From assembly GCA_951406725.2 (NCBI GenBank), contig OX597822.1, positions 13,392,001-13,456,000 of the forward strand: a DNA stretch of 64,000 bases, read 5' to 3'. Position 1 is the stretch's first letter. Each line of letters opens with the position of its first letter. The position numbers were made by a program, and so were the translations under genes. Shown here in pieces: positions 25,886-37,513 of the stretch. The notes below the pieces were generated by a model that was not told the origin of the DNA, searched no databases, and saw nothing but the letters and a program-made list of their open reading frames with translations. This stretch comes from Octopus vulgaris. Its lineage: Eukaryota.

Positions 25886-26443
25886 TGCAGGTGTTCCTGT
25901 GTGTTAAGAAGTATGTTTAGTAACCACATGGTTCCGATTTCACTCTCACTACATGGCTCTTTGAGCCAGTATCTTCTACTATACCTCGAGCTAATCCTTG
26001 TAAATGGATTTAGTCGACGGAAACTGAAAGAATCCTGTAATAATATTCCATACAAACAGGGTGTCTATAAAATCCCTGTGAAATTTATAATACCTATAAG
26101 TTTGTATATATATTTGATTTTTAGAAATCTGTGAAAAAATAGCTAAGAAAGCTCGATGTGTCTAGTATCTGCACCTATTCCGTTAATGTCTCTTTGCCGG
26201 ACCGCTTAGTTACGAGTATTTAAATGCACTAACTCTGGTTGTCAAGCGGTGGTGAGGAGAGGATACACACACATACACACACGAAGAGCTTCTTTCATTT
26301 TCCATCAACAAAACTACTTACAAGACTTAGGTCGAACCGGGGCTATAGTAGAAGGCGCTTGACCAAAGTGTCACGCAATGTGACTGAGCTCAGAACCATT
26401 TGGTTAAGAAGCAAACTTCAAACCACACAGCCAAGCTTGCGCC
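25884..26443. mobile_element. Two SINE family B pieces in opposite orientation (25884-26035 +; 26175-26443 -)
   Basis: AACCACATGGTTCCG..CTTCTACTATA..GACGGAAACTGAAAGAA on +; TTTGCCGGACCGCTTAGTTACG..GGCTATAGTAGAAG..ACCACACAGCC on -. Confidence 0.65.
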
Positions 26444-27864
26444 AATGTTTATGTGTTCTTTTAAAATACTTTAATCGAAAAGAGGGGCAGCGCCCATAAC
26501 ACATCTTAGGGTCTCCAAAACTAGAAGAAAGAAGAGAGAAAGGTATCTTGGAACAGAAGCGCTGGGCCAAATACTTGCAACAGGGTGGACTTAGCTAAAG
26601 GCATCTATGGTGCCGGGTGGTGACTTCAAAACCAGGTGATGGTTTAAGTCAAGTAGCGAGTATCGAATTCAGAACTTTAGGATTTATGTGTGGGGGACAA
26701 CTTTGAAAAATGTCCCATTCAATGTTCATACTGGTCCACTAATCAAGCGCCCTCTATTAGCGCTTTTGTTGGTCAAGGAAAAAGGAAAGGTAAAATTGAC
26801 CTCGACAGGGTTTGAATTCAGGCATTTTGTCCGAACCTCTTCTGACACAAATTCACCGCCTTCCTGTGGATGTCACCTGTGTATGGAAGGTTAACATATA
26901 ATGAAAAGTCTTATTATTTGCTTCTGTGTTTTACCTAATCTATTTTAATATAAAATTAAAAAAGTATATTTTCGTTGAAATATAACCTTGTCTCTATTAT
27001 TGTTATATTTTTATGATATATATTCCATTTATATTTATGTTACATTCACAATTTATGTTTATTGCTATATTTCATATAAAATGTTATATTCTTATTTTTA
27101 TTATAAATGTTCTTATTGTTTATTATTTATATACATAAATGTGGATAATATCTATATTTTGTAATTTGTATGTTAAATAATTATGTTATTTGTTGTGTAC
27201 ATATTTTATATTTATGTTGTAAACATATTTTATTTAAATTTATATATTAGATTTGAAATGTCAGTAAATAAGCAAATATGTATGTAAAATGAATTACAAA
27301 ATATTTTTATTAACTTTCTCTTAGAATATGAGATACTGCAAGAGAGTGGTAACATTGGTCTTTTCGAATCGAATTCTATGCCAGGAATTAATATTATATT
27401 AAAATCGTTAATTAATGATTTGAAAATTGATTACTGTTTCTTTTTCATCTGCTGTATCTACGCCATATTTATGTATTTATGCAATGTAAGACGTCAAACT
27501 TATCACAAATGCATTTTGAAAGCGATACAATTCATGCCATGCATAAACACTGGTAAATTCCCACCGCAAAAATATTAATTCACTGGTACTTCTAGAACTG
27601 CATAGAAAACGTAACTGTGAATGGTGTGACAATTTCGAATAGAGTCGAAAGCAATTTAGGCTTGTCAGGTACATCTGGGCATTTGTCGGGAAGAGGCAAC
27701 GAAAGCTGTTTCAAGAGACTATTCAATTCAATTTTTATTGGCTCAAAAAGCAAAAGCAAGGCCATGTAGGGGGACAGGGAGTTATGTACAGGGAGGGTGG
27801 TCATACAAAGAGTTCAGGCCATTTCTGGTCAAGAGAGACATTGTACGAGCGGTCGTCGGCATCT

Positions 27865-28671
27865 TCACCATCTCGTCTGGCAGCTTATTCCACGGATACG
27901 CATGTCGAACTTCAGGACTGCGTGATCGCTCTTGGCAAGAGGGGCGCACACAGATAAGCCTGACACTGATCTTGGATAGCGGGAGAATACCAAATCCAGC
28001 ATAGATGACTGCTGCCCAGACAGATGCCTTGTCGGAGATTCAACATGTTGCGATATAAAACAATCTTCAGCCACGTCAAGAAGGGCCTGGCCGAACCCGG
28101 AAGATGATGTACAAATGGATGCGGGCCAGTCGATCGTGGGAGCGTTGATGTCTCCTAATATCAAACATTCATGAGAAGATGAAACGAATCTTATCGCTTC
28201 GAGTAAATGAGCATCATCCTGGGGGTAGGCAAGAGGCGGCCTGTAGACAGCTAACACGGGCAGGCAAAACCCAGATAGGCTCAGCTTGCAATAGACGGCA
28301 TCGAATTTTGTTGTAGGTTGAGCATTAGTGGGTAGAATACAGCTGGACGGTTTGAGATCAGATTTGACATACACAGCAACACCTCCACCTGGCCTTTTTT
28401 CTCTATCACATCTGAAGAGGGCGTAGCCCTGTAGGTGGATTTCCGAGTCCTTTACTGCTGGAGTCAGCCAAGTCTCGGTGATAGCTTTCACATCTAGGGA
28501 ATCACGCATTGCCAGTGTAAATAATTCGCTGAACTTTGGAAGTAAGGAGAACGAGTTGGTATAGACGATGCTGAGTTGTGAAGTTTGAGGGGCGGGAATT
28601 AGGGAACAAGCAGAATAAGGGGTATCAGAGATAGCATCGTTGTCAGGGGTATCTACTTTACTTCGATTCAC
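27865..28671 (-). pseudogene. LINE ORF2 apurinic-type endonuclease domain
   Basis: IVYTNSFSL, AITETWL, GYALFRCDR..GGGVAVYVK, AVYRPP, LILGDINAP.IDW, QHVESPTR, LDLVFS, SDHAVL. Confidence 0.9.
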
Positions 28672-28791
28672 CCTCGATTCACTTCCCCTGTCAGCACTAC
28701 AGCATGCGACCAGAGGTAGGACTTGATTATTTGTCCATCTTGAATGCGTAAACCCTTCTCTCCCATCTGTTTTCTCATCTTCAGCTGGATA

Positions 28792-30019
28792 TCAGGTTTC
28801 TCCGACGAATCCTCTCTCTCTCAGTGAGTATTCCTCGCGATAACCCATATTGGGTTCCACCCGGGCATGCTTCTGAGCTCTGTTCAGAAAGGTTGAAGTC
28901 TCCTGATCGGAAGAAAAGATTACTCTAGTGTCTGAGGTTGAGTTCACTTGGAATCTTCCTAGCCGAGCGACCTTATGGATACTGACATTTTCGTTGACAG
29001 AGAACAATTCTCCAACTAAAACGGAAACAAAATTTATGTCATCTTTTAGGCGTTTTATGCCTGTATCACCGGTGAATTCAGCTTTTCCGTAAATGATTGC
29101 TGATCTTGAGTGTGTAAAATGGTCGTTCTGTTCTCTACTGTGAACTGCGGCATTCGAATCTTCATCGGATAAATTAGAAAGGGCGGTTTCGTAGCCATCA
29201 GACTTATGTAGGCCGTTTGGGTCGATCGGAATGGGTTTAGTGGTCATAACTTTCCCGCCTGGTTTGGAACTGCACTGCCTCTTCTTCGTTTTGGAAGAGC
29301 ACCACTCCCCAGATGAACTCACATCAAGATCATTCAGAATTGGTTGAGCAATGGCATTGCTGGGAAGGACAAATGAGGGAGAATCCAAACAGATTTGATC
29401 TTGAGCAGGTTTCACAGCTAATATCTGCCCCACCGGAGTTTTGACTACGTTTCTTCTTTTTGGGAGAACAACGGTCTTCAGGTGGGTTTGAGTCTACGCT
29501 CCTCAATTCAGGTTGGGGAACCTCCGGGACCGAAATGGCAGATGAGGAAGAATCCGCACAGATAAGATCATGAGTGGAAACGACCGCCGGTTCTTTCGCC
29601 TTCTTTGACCGCTTCGATTTTGATCCCTTCAGTTTGGAAGTCTTTAGGGAAGAAATCAAGGGTGGCTCTGCGTCAATAGGAGACTTTGAATAGGATTCAG
29701 TTTCTTTATTCTGTAATTCAGCAACAACAGACTTAAGGTGCTCATTGAGATGTTTGTTAGTAAGACCATCTCCTTGATGAGAAATCTTGATTTCAGGGTC
29801 TTCATGTGAAAGCTTGATATCACTGATCGCCTTATTAACTGAATTTTCCAAAATAGGATCAGCAGAACGAGCCTTTTTCGCAGATCTCAGTTTCGATTTG
29901 TAGGCAGCTGAGCCAGGCTTGGACGACATGATAGATGGTTGAGAAAAACAATCTTTTGTAGCTGCCAGGGGTTCTACGATAATTCTGATAGTTAAAAGCA
30001 GGAACAAAAACAGCTGCAA
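28792..30019 (-). pseudogene. LINE ORF1, frameshifted near 29400
   Basis: Lys/Ser-rich N-terminus, then CR1-type ORF1 C-terminus RSAIIYGKAE..DDINFV..VARLGR..RVIFSS..REEYSLRER directly upstream of the endonuclease. Confidence 0.7.
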
Positions 30020-31146
30020 TCTTTGTAGGTGTAGATAACAGCAGACAGAATCTGAGAAAGTGTGGGTTGAGCTGAATCACAATCAAAGATTGAAAGTAGA
30101 CGGAGAAATGAGTCAGGAACTTTTCTTCGTTATCCGTAAGTAGCTTTAGGATAAGGAATAGTAGGTCTAACTTTAGAATATTGATATGCATGTAAAATGC
30201 TCCACATGGTTAAATATTATTTGTTGTGCTATTTAGTCCTTCAATATTTGCGTCTGCGTATGTGTTTGTATATATGTGAACAAATGTGTTTATGTGCGAG
30301 AAAGCTCATGTTTTTGTCTTTCGTTAATTTAATTTAATTTTTTCTCACGTTTTTCCCTTTTTAAATATTTTTTAAAAGTAATTTTTACGCTGGAGGGAGA
30401 GCTGAAGGTTTGTTTTTACTGTAAATTCTCTTTTGTCCCAACAAAAGAAAAAAAGAAAGGGATTAGACCCATATATATAAAAATGTATTGTAAAAATGTA
30501 AAATATACAAAAAATAAAGTAAATAAAAGTAAATAAAAATAAAAGATATAAAGTGATCGTAAAGACAAAAGAATTAAGATAGAGAGATAAGATGTTAAAA
30601 TGTTTGAGATTTGGGTTTTGATGCTGCGGTAAGTGTCATAAATTACTTCTGATTATCTACATAATTTACGGTTTTATACTTTACGTTTTTTATATTTCTT
30701 TATATTTTTTTATATTTTTATATCTTTTATATTTTATTATATTTTATTGTATTATATTCATTTATATTAATATTTTTCATTTAGGATCGCAACATTATTA
30801 CCTTTTTCTCATTTTTTCCTCCTCTTCCCCTTCTTTTTCTTTCCACTTTCCTCTCTTTCTCTTCTCTTTTCTTTCCTCTCCATACTCTTTTTTTCTATTT
30901 TTTCTATTTCTTCTTTTTCTCCACCTTCACTTCTCCTTATTTCCTTCCCTTACAAGAGGAATGAACCCACTCGAATCTACTCAACATTCATTCTATGTTG
31001 ACTGATGATAGAGTATGGACGGGTTTTTGAAGTCCAATGATACTCTACATACCTATTTGATTATGAAGATTTACAAACATACTTTCTTAGTGAAACTCAA
31101 TATATCCACCATAATGTGATGGTAGTCTTTGGTATAGCAATTGCAT

Positions 31147-31238
31147 GCGGCTGAAGAGAGCTTTAAACCATCTGTTATGTCGATTATACATTGATGTAAG
31201 AATAGGTTGTTGTATAAAGCTTGAAACACGTGTACCGT
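31147..31238 (+). ncRNA. Type I hammerhead ribozyme motif with intact core and extended stem II
   Basis: GCGG-CTGAAGA-GAGCTTTA...TAAAGCTT-GAAA-CACGT-GTA-CCGT; stems I and II pair, stem III is the palindrome ACACGTGT, cleavage triplet GUA. Confidence 0.75.
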
Positions 31239-31337
31239 GACATCTTTTTTATTCTGTTTTTTTATTTCATTTTATACATATATAGATATAAATATACAGA
31301 CATATATGGTTATAGATAATGAATGACTGAATGAATG

Positions 31338-31371
<34 letters not shown>

Positions 31372-31374
31372 TTA

Positions 31375-31587
31375 AAAATGTTTTAGCCCGAAGGCCGCGG
31401 CCATGCTGGGGCACCACCGCTGAATGAGCTACACTAGTTTGTGAATCCACCTCTGATACGTGGCACTTGATCAACAAGGGAGTTCGATGCTGCTGCCCGC
31501 ATCCGTGTCTCCTGTCGTGAGGTAGGTTCATCTGGGACTCCCAACAAGAAGAGATCCAGTTTAGTTTTAAAGAAACCCACATCCACA
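31375..31587 (-). mobile_element. 3'-terminal fragment of the CR1-type LINE family seen at 37510-39755
   Basis: [37 protein letters not shown] matches ORF 37594..37857; tail GGTGCCCCAGCATGGCCGCGG. Confidence 0.85.
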
Positions 31588-31723
31588 TGTATATATATGT
31601 ATATGTATATGTATGTATGTATATATATGTATGTATGTATATGCATATATATATATATATATATACATATATATACATATACATATATACATATATATAT
31701 ATACACATACATATATATACATA

Positions 31724-31760
<37 letters not shown>

Positions 31761-31824
31761 TGTTATATTTCGGAATGGTCATAATGCCAGTTTAGCCAAT
31801 AAACGTACTATATATATATATATA

Positions 31825-32025
31825 GTAAATCCCCTCCCCAAAAAAGAAGAAGAAACACAAGCAAAAACACAACAACGCGAGGACGTGGTACATGTAAAGT
31901 ATTAGCAGACGCTCAGGGAAGGAAAGAAAAGTAGTTTTACGTTTCGAGCAAAGCTCTTCGTCAGAAACAGAGGAAAGTCGAATAGAAAGGAAGACGGAGG
32001 AAGAAAATCGCCAACGATTCACATG
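31825..32025 (-). mobile_element. Short hammerhead-bearing element (pLTR family 2-related) between (TA)n tracts
   Basis: Similar layout to 12445-12652 (GTATTAG..ACGCTCAGGGAA..TTTTACGTTTCGAGC..GCTCTTC..CAGAAA). Confidence 0.7.
31934..31968 (-). ncRNA. Canonical minimal type I hammerhead ribozyme
   Basis: Minus strand GTTT-CTGACGA-A-GAGC-TTT-GCTC-GAAAC-GTA-AAAC; all core nucleotides present, stems I and II perfect, tiny palindromic stem III ACGT. Confidence 0.85.
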
Positions 32026-32048
32026 CGGATATATATATATATATATGC

Positions 32049-32113
<65 letters not shown>

Positions 32114-32139
32114 TATCTATCTAACTTTATTAGTTTTTT

Positions 32140-32350
32140 TTCCGTCCTTGTTGCCGTGTACATTCGCTGGCTTTCTTACAAAGGGGTCTAATGCTCTTGG
32201 CTTGGACATTTTTAGAAGCAACCAGATCAAACCATCTCAAGTGTAACTGCCCGAAATGGTCGAGACTTCTGGGACTTGACTGATGTTGGAAGGCCAAGAA
32301 TACCCCGTATTTTTTTTTTGCCTGTCCTTCTTATTTAATGCCCTCTATTG
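32140..32350 (+). mobile_element. Diverged pLTR family 1 piece
   Basis: CCGTCCTTGTT..TACATTCGCTG..TCTAATGCTCTT..CCAGAT..CCGAAAT..GACTGA is collinear with 18770-18930. Confidence 0.55.
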
Positions 32351-32668
32351 CGTTTCTGTTCCATATATATTTTTTTTTTTCTTGCTTCAGTCAATGTTTG
32401 GCGGAAGGTTCGGTGTGTATGATGGGGTTTTGTTTATTGGAAAGTGAAGCGATTTCTGAAGTTTAGTTTCCCAGAAGACATGAATCTAATTTCAATTTCA
32501 CTATCGAGCAATTTCGTTTAATCGCCTTCATCACACTTCTCTCTTTACACCTCTCCTCTCTTTCTCTCTCTCTCTTTCTTTACTTCTCTTACTCTCTCTT
32601 TCTCTCTCTCACTCACTCCCTCCACAACCATAGACTTGCCCCGCACACACAAATGTTCAAACGTGGAC

Positions 32669-32712
<44 letters not shown>

Positions 32713-33611
32713 ATGTGTGTGTGCGTGTATATGTGTGTATGTATTTAGGTATGTATACAAGGTTGTACACACACACACGTTTTTCAGAGTTGCCTATTTT
32801 GTTATTACAGAAGCATAGATCTCGCAGGCAGAATAAATGAATGGTTGCATAAAAAAGAAAGAAATTAGCAGCATTCGTTGCGATCCTTTACGCACAAAGT
32901 TCAAATACAGGAAGTTAGCTGTACCTAGCGCCCCTTCGGGAGCCATAAATTGAGGAACCCGTCAAGCACTGACGCCGACATAAATGAGTGATCATCTCCC
33001 TTAAAATTTCCTGACCTTATTCTTGTATCAGAAACAAATATCATTGTTACTATGTAACATTTACATATACATTCATACGCAGACAGATACACATGTACGC
33101 ATACAGTCACACACTTATACAAACATACACACGCATACACACATAAACATACATAAATACACACACATACACATGTTATTATTTTTAGTTTGATTGTTGT
33201 TATTGACTGGATTTGTAGTGGTCTGATGTTTGTGATTGAAAATCTTCATAGTGCATTGTTCATTGGTTCTAATACTTTTTTTGCACCTTTCGTTAATTTG
33301 GGGGCTGAAATGTTTCTTAGTTTCCATTAGCAAATAATTCTCGCCATTGTATCATTTTTATATGTATTGATAGATATAAGTTACGATAGATATTAATTCT
33401 TATATCTATTTATTTAGATTTTTTAATACATATATATATATATATAAATATATATATGTATACAACTTATAAATAAGGGCGAACGTAAAAATTTCTAATG
33501 CCAAATTTGCCGAAATTAGACACATTGTCCATAATCATTATAATTTTTTTACAATACGCACGTTACTCAAAAACGGTCGACAGAAATTTCTAAAAAATTC
33601 CATTATTACCA

Positions 33612-33664
33612 TATCGGACCGATTTCAGGGTTAGTTCGTAAGAACCCTCCCTTCGTCAGTGATA
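33612..33664 (-). ncRNA. Type I hammerhead motif
   Basis: Minus strand TATCA-CTGACGA-AGGG..GTTC TTAC GAAC..CCCT-GAAA-TCG-GTC-CGATA; one mismatch in stem I. Confidence 0.65.
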
Positions 33665-33751
33665 AATGTGGCAGAGAAATAAATGAGATACTTACTCACA
33701 CCAATGCTGGCCATTGATAAAATTTCTTTTCGAAAAAATTTTATACTACAT

Positions 33752-33816
<65 letters not shown>

Positions 33817-34223
33817 TTACATTTAATTTAATTTGAGAATTAATTTTGTTAGACAATATATTATTTAATTATTAGGTGGTATTATTATTATGTAGTATTA
33901 AATTTTAAGATAATTAGGTATTATATTAATTTATATTTAGTCAGCTATATTATAGATTGATATATTAAATCTATACATAATACACATGTATATTAATTAT
34001 ATAGTTAGCTTATTTAATGAGTTTGTCTATATTTGAACCATTTCTTATTTTGATTACAATTTAATGACTTGTACTCGCATTTTGTATATCAATTAATTTT
34101 AAAGTATTTAATAATTTAAGTATTGTTTTAGTTTTCACTTAATGTATATTTAGTATTTTATATATATATATATATATTAAAGTATATTAATTCATTAATT
34201 ATTTTATTATTCTAGTTTATTGT

Positions 34224-34327
34224 TAACCTGATGAGTGGGTATATTTATATCGAAGTGATTTTACTACTACAATTAATTTTTTTACTATAATCATTTCTTA
34301 AATATAGCTACGAAACACGTGACATTA
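34224..34327 (+). ncRNA. Degenerate hammerhead motif with long stem II
   Basis: CTGATGA-GTGGGTATATTTA...TAAATATAGCTAC-GAAACACGTGAC; the cleavage triplet reads GAC rather than GTC. Confidence 0.55.
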
Positions 34328-34738
34328 TTCTACCAATTATATACGTTTTTATTATTTAATTTTTTTGCAATTTACTTCATCTTTGGTATTTTATTGCTAT
34401 TTTAATTTTAATATTTCTATTATATGTAATTTTCTAGGCGGTGTAATTTAATTGTTCATTTTGAATTGATAAAAGGTGTTTTTTTCTAATTTCATATATA
34501 TATATATATAAATTAGAGATAAAACCACTATTATGCAAATTTGTGAAATTTGATTTAATACTAACTAGAATTTTTCCCTGTAAGTTTGGAGTTATACTCC
34601 CTAATATTATATATATATATGTTTCTATACACATGTATACATGTATATGTGTATATATATTTATTTACACATCCATATATATGTATGTATGTATGCATTG
34701 GGTTAGGTCAAACGTTTTGCAATAGTTTGATAAGTTGA

Positions 34739-34975
34739 GGCGGTGAGCTGGCAGAATCGTTAGCACGCCGTACAAATTGCATAGCACCATCTTTTCAGTT
34801 TGACCTTCGTTCATATTCTACCTTTTCGTTATGAGTTCAAATTGCGCAGAGGACGACTTTGCTTTTCATTCTTTTGAGGTCGATAAAGTATGTGCCAGTT
34901 GCGTACAGGGGCCGATGTAATCGATTTATCTCATTGCACCGAAATTGCTGGCCTTGTCTCAAAATTTGGAATTAA
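34739..34975 (+). mobile_element. SINE family C
   Basis: GGCGGTGAGCTGGCAGAATCGTTAGCACGCCG..GAGTTCAAATT..GACTTTGCTTTTCATTC..GGTCGATAAAGTA. Confidence 0.8.
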
Positions 34976-35029
34976 TACTTATTTGCTTTTTTCTTCAAGT
35001 TGCAAACAAACAACCGAGCATCTAAAGCA

Positions 35030-35400
35030 GAAGCAATCATTTTTGAAGTACCTGAAGCCACCTTTCTGCGAGTTCTTCCATCTTATGCCAGTTCTTGTCG
35101 TTCGAGGTGAAGAACTCTTTTACTGAAACTTCCACCACCTCTTGGTTGATGAAGTGTCGCGAGCGCAGGAAGTGAGAAAATGGCTTGGAACAAGGAATAA
35201 TACGAGGGAGATATTCGTCCGTAACTCTAAAGTGTATAAGGTGTGATGAAGGAATGGTTAAATTCCTGAACTTGTTCCCAAACACGGGACGTTTCAATCA
35301 CAAGGTAACGATTTGCGTCTGGCGGAATTATGAGGGGATAAATCACAAGCTCGTTCCTGACCGTCGGATAAACGATGCCAGTTTTTATTCCAAGCCTTCA
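35030..35400. pseudogene. Rearranged mariner transposase fragments (C-terminus on -, catalytic-domain piece on +)
   Basis: Minus: EVVEVSVKEFFTSNDKNW..MEELAERWLQV; plus: KVTICVWRNYEGINHKLVP..INDASFY. Confidence 0.6.
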
Positions 35401-35479
35401 AAGACAAGAAAAAAGACCGCGTTACAAATCTTTTGAACAAACTCAAGCATCCTCTCCAACTGAACATACTTTGATTTTT

Positions 35480-35816
35480 CTCAGACGAGAAAAATGTTCT
35501 ATAGGATCAGATGATAAACATCAAACATCCAGTCAACATCATGGTGTTTGGAGTGATCACTAGTGATGGTGATGTTATGCCTTCATTCATCTTCCAAAAT
35601 GGCCTCGGATTCAACACGAAGGCCTACATCAAGTGCCTGGAGGAGGTAATGCTGCCCTGGCTCAAGTGGGTGGCTGGCTGCTGGAAGAACCTATGTCTGG
35701 CAACAAGACTCTGTACCATGCCAGACGAGCAGTCATCGCTGTCAGGCAATTTCTGCGATCGCATCACCCCTAACGTCTGGCCACCTATCTCCCCAGACTG
35801 GAACTCACTTGATTAG
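35480..35816 (+). pseudogene. Tc1/mariner-superfamily (maT/DD37D-like) transposase catalytic fragment
   Basis: KHPVNIMVFGVITSDG..AYIKCLEEVMLPW, YVWQQDS, VWPPISPDWNSLD. Confidence 0.8.
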
Positions 35817-35817
35817 T

Positions 35818-36150
35818 AATAACAATAATAACAATAATTTAAAAAAATTAAATTAAAAATAGAAAAAATATATATAAAAAAATTTTAAATTACAAAATTT
35901 TTTTAAAGTAAAAAAAAAACCTATATAGTTATTTACTTCCATTTGTTTATTTATCAGTGTATTTTATTTTATTATGTTTCCAGTTTCGTTTATATTGTAA
36001 CCAGTTTATGGGGATCCTCTTCTGTCATATGTTGTGGTGTGTGCTAGTAAAAAACTATATAGGTTTTTTTACTTTAAAAAAATTTTGTAATTAAAAATTA
36101 ATTTTTATATATATTTTTTCTTTTTTTTAAATTTATTATTATTATTATTA
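35818..36150. repeat. AT-rich inverted repeat (arms about 110-120 bp, spacer about 110 bp)
   Basis: AATTACAAAATTTTTTTAAAGTAAAAAAAAAACCTATATAGTT at about 35888-35930 is mirrored by AACTATATAGGTTTTTTTACTTTAAAAAAATTTTGTAATT at about 36053-36092. Confidence 0.8.
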
Positions 36151-36230
36151 TCATTATTATTGTTATTACTAGTATTGTTGTTATACATACATACATACAT
36201 ACATACATACAAGCATACATAATAATAATG

Positions 36231-36330
<100 letters not shown>

Positions 36331-36713
36331 GTGGATGTAAACACATGAACAAAATAAGAATAAACAAAAACAAATTACACGAACGTATATAAACAGAAGA
36401 TACAAATAATACAGGCATCCCCCTCACACACAAACTAACTAAACATAGACGCACATAGAGATATACGCATGCGCAAATGAAGACACATGCAATAGAAATA
36501 CAAAATGGTTGACGGTTAGTAAGGAGAGACACACAAATAAGAAAGAAGAAAGCAAAGGACCACTGATGCGGTCGCAGGAGTGTGACGAAAGAACTCTGGC
36601 CGAAATAAGATTAAGTTTAATGTAAAAAATAAATAATACTGAAGCAAAGTAACACCAAATATATAGTGCGTGTGGTTTTATTGGCTAAACTGGCACAGTG
36701 ACCATTCCGAAAT

Positions 36714-36746
<33 letters not shown>

Positions 36747-36954
36747 GTATTCTTAATTCAAATGGAGACGAATACCAACGATCCAATGTGGCAGACTTGA
36801 TAATTATGATTTTCCTTCAACATGAAACTCTTGGTAACCATATTAGCACACGAGTAACGAATATTTATCCACCAATTCGGTGTTGAGCACTCATTCTCAA
36901 TGCTCTGTTTTGACGTACACAAACACATACCCATACATACATATATATATATAT

Positions 36955-37073
<119 letters not shown>

Positions 37074-37082
37074 TAAGTAAAG

Positions 37083-37392
37083 GCTATTTGCCAACATAAT
37101 GTGGCTGTCCTGGAAGGGACGATGTTACTGTTGTTTTAGCCCAAAGAAACATCGTTTCTAGCTGGCTATAAAACGCTCTATCTGTGTCCTTATATTTTCG
37201 AACAGGGACCACTTCTATCTTGCACAAAACAACAACCGTGGACTAGTTTCTGGGTTATTGCACTTTATCAACACACAGTAGCTGCGTGGCCAGATGGCGT
37301 TGCTGAAATCACCGCTCGAACATGCTTCTTGGGCCTAAAACAACAGTAACATCGGCCCTTTTCTGGACAGCCACATTGTGTTGGCAAATAGC
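37083..37392. mobile_element. MITE with about 65-bp imperfect TIRs, related to 12914-13094
   Basis: GCTATTTGCCAACATAATGTGGCTGTCC..GATGTTACTGTTGTTTTAG.CCAA is mirrored at the right end. Confidence 0.85.
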
Positions 37393-37452
37393 ATTTATTT
37401 TAAACAACTGTTACTGAATGTCCCTCTTTGAGAGATTCAGAAATAATATTTC

Positions 37453-37509
<57 letters not shown>

Positions 37510-37513
<4 letters not shown>

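Larger units (their letters stand above)
27560..30190 (-). mobile_element. CR1/Jockey-group LINE, 5' half only (ORF1 and AP endonuclease, no RT)
   Basis: GC-richer block in AT-rich flanks containing ORFs 29330..30019, 28792..29433 and 27865..28671. Confidence 0.8.
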
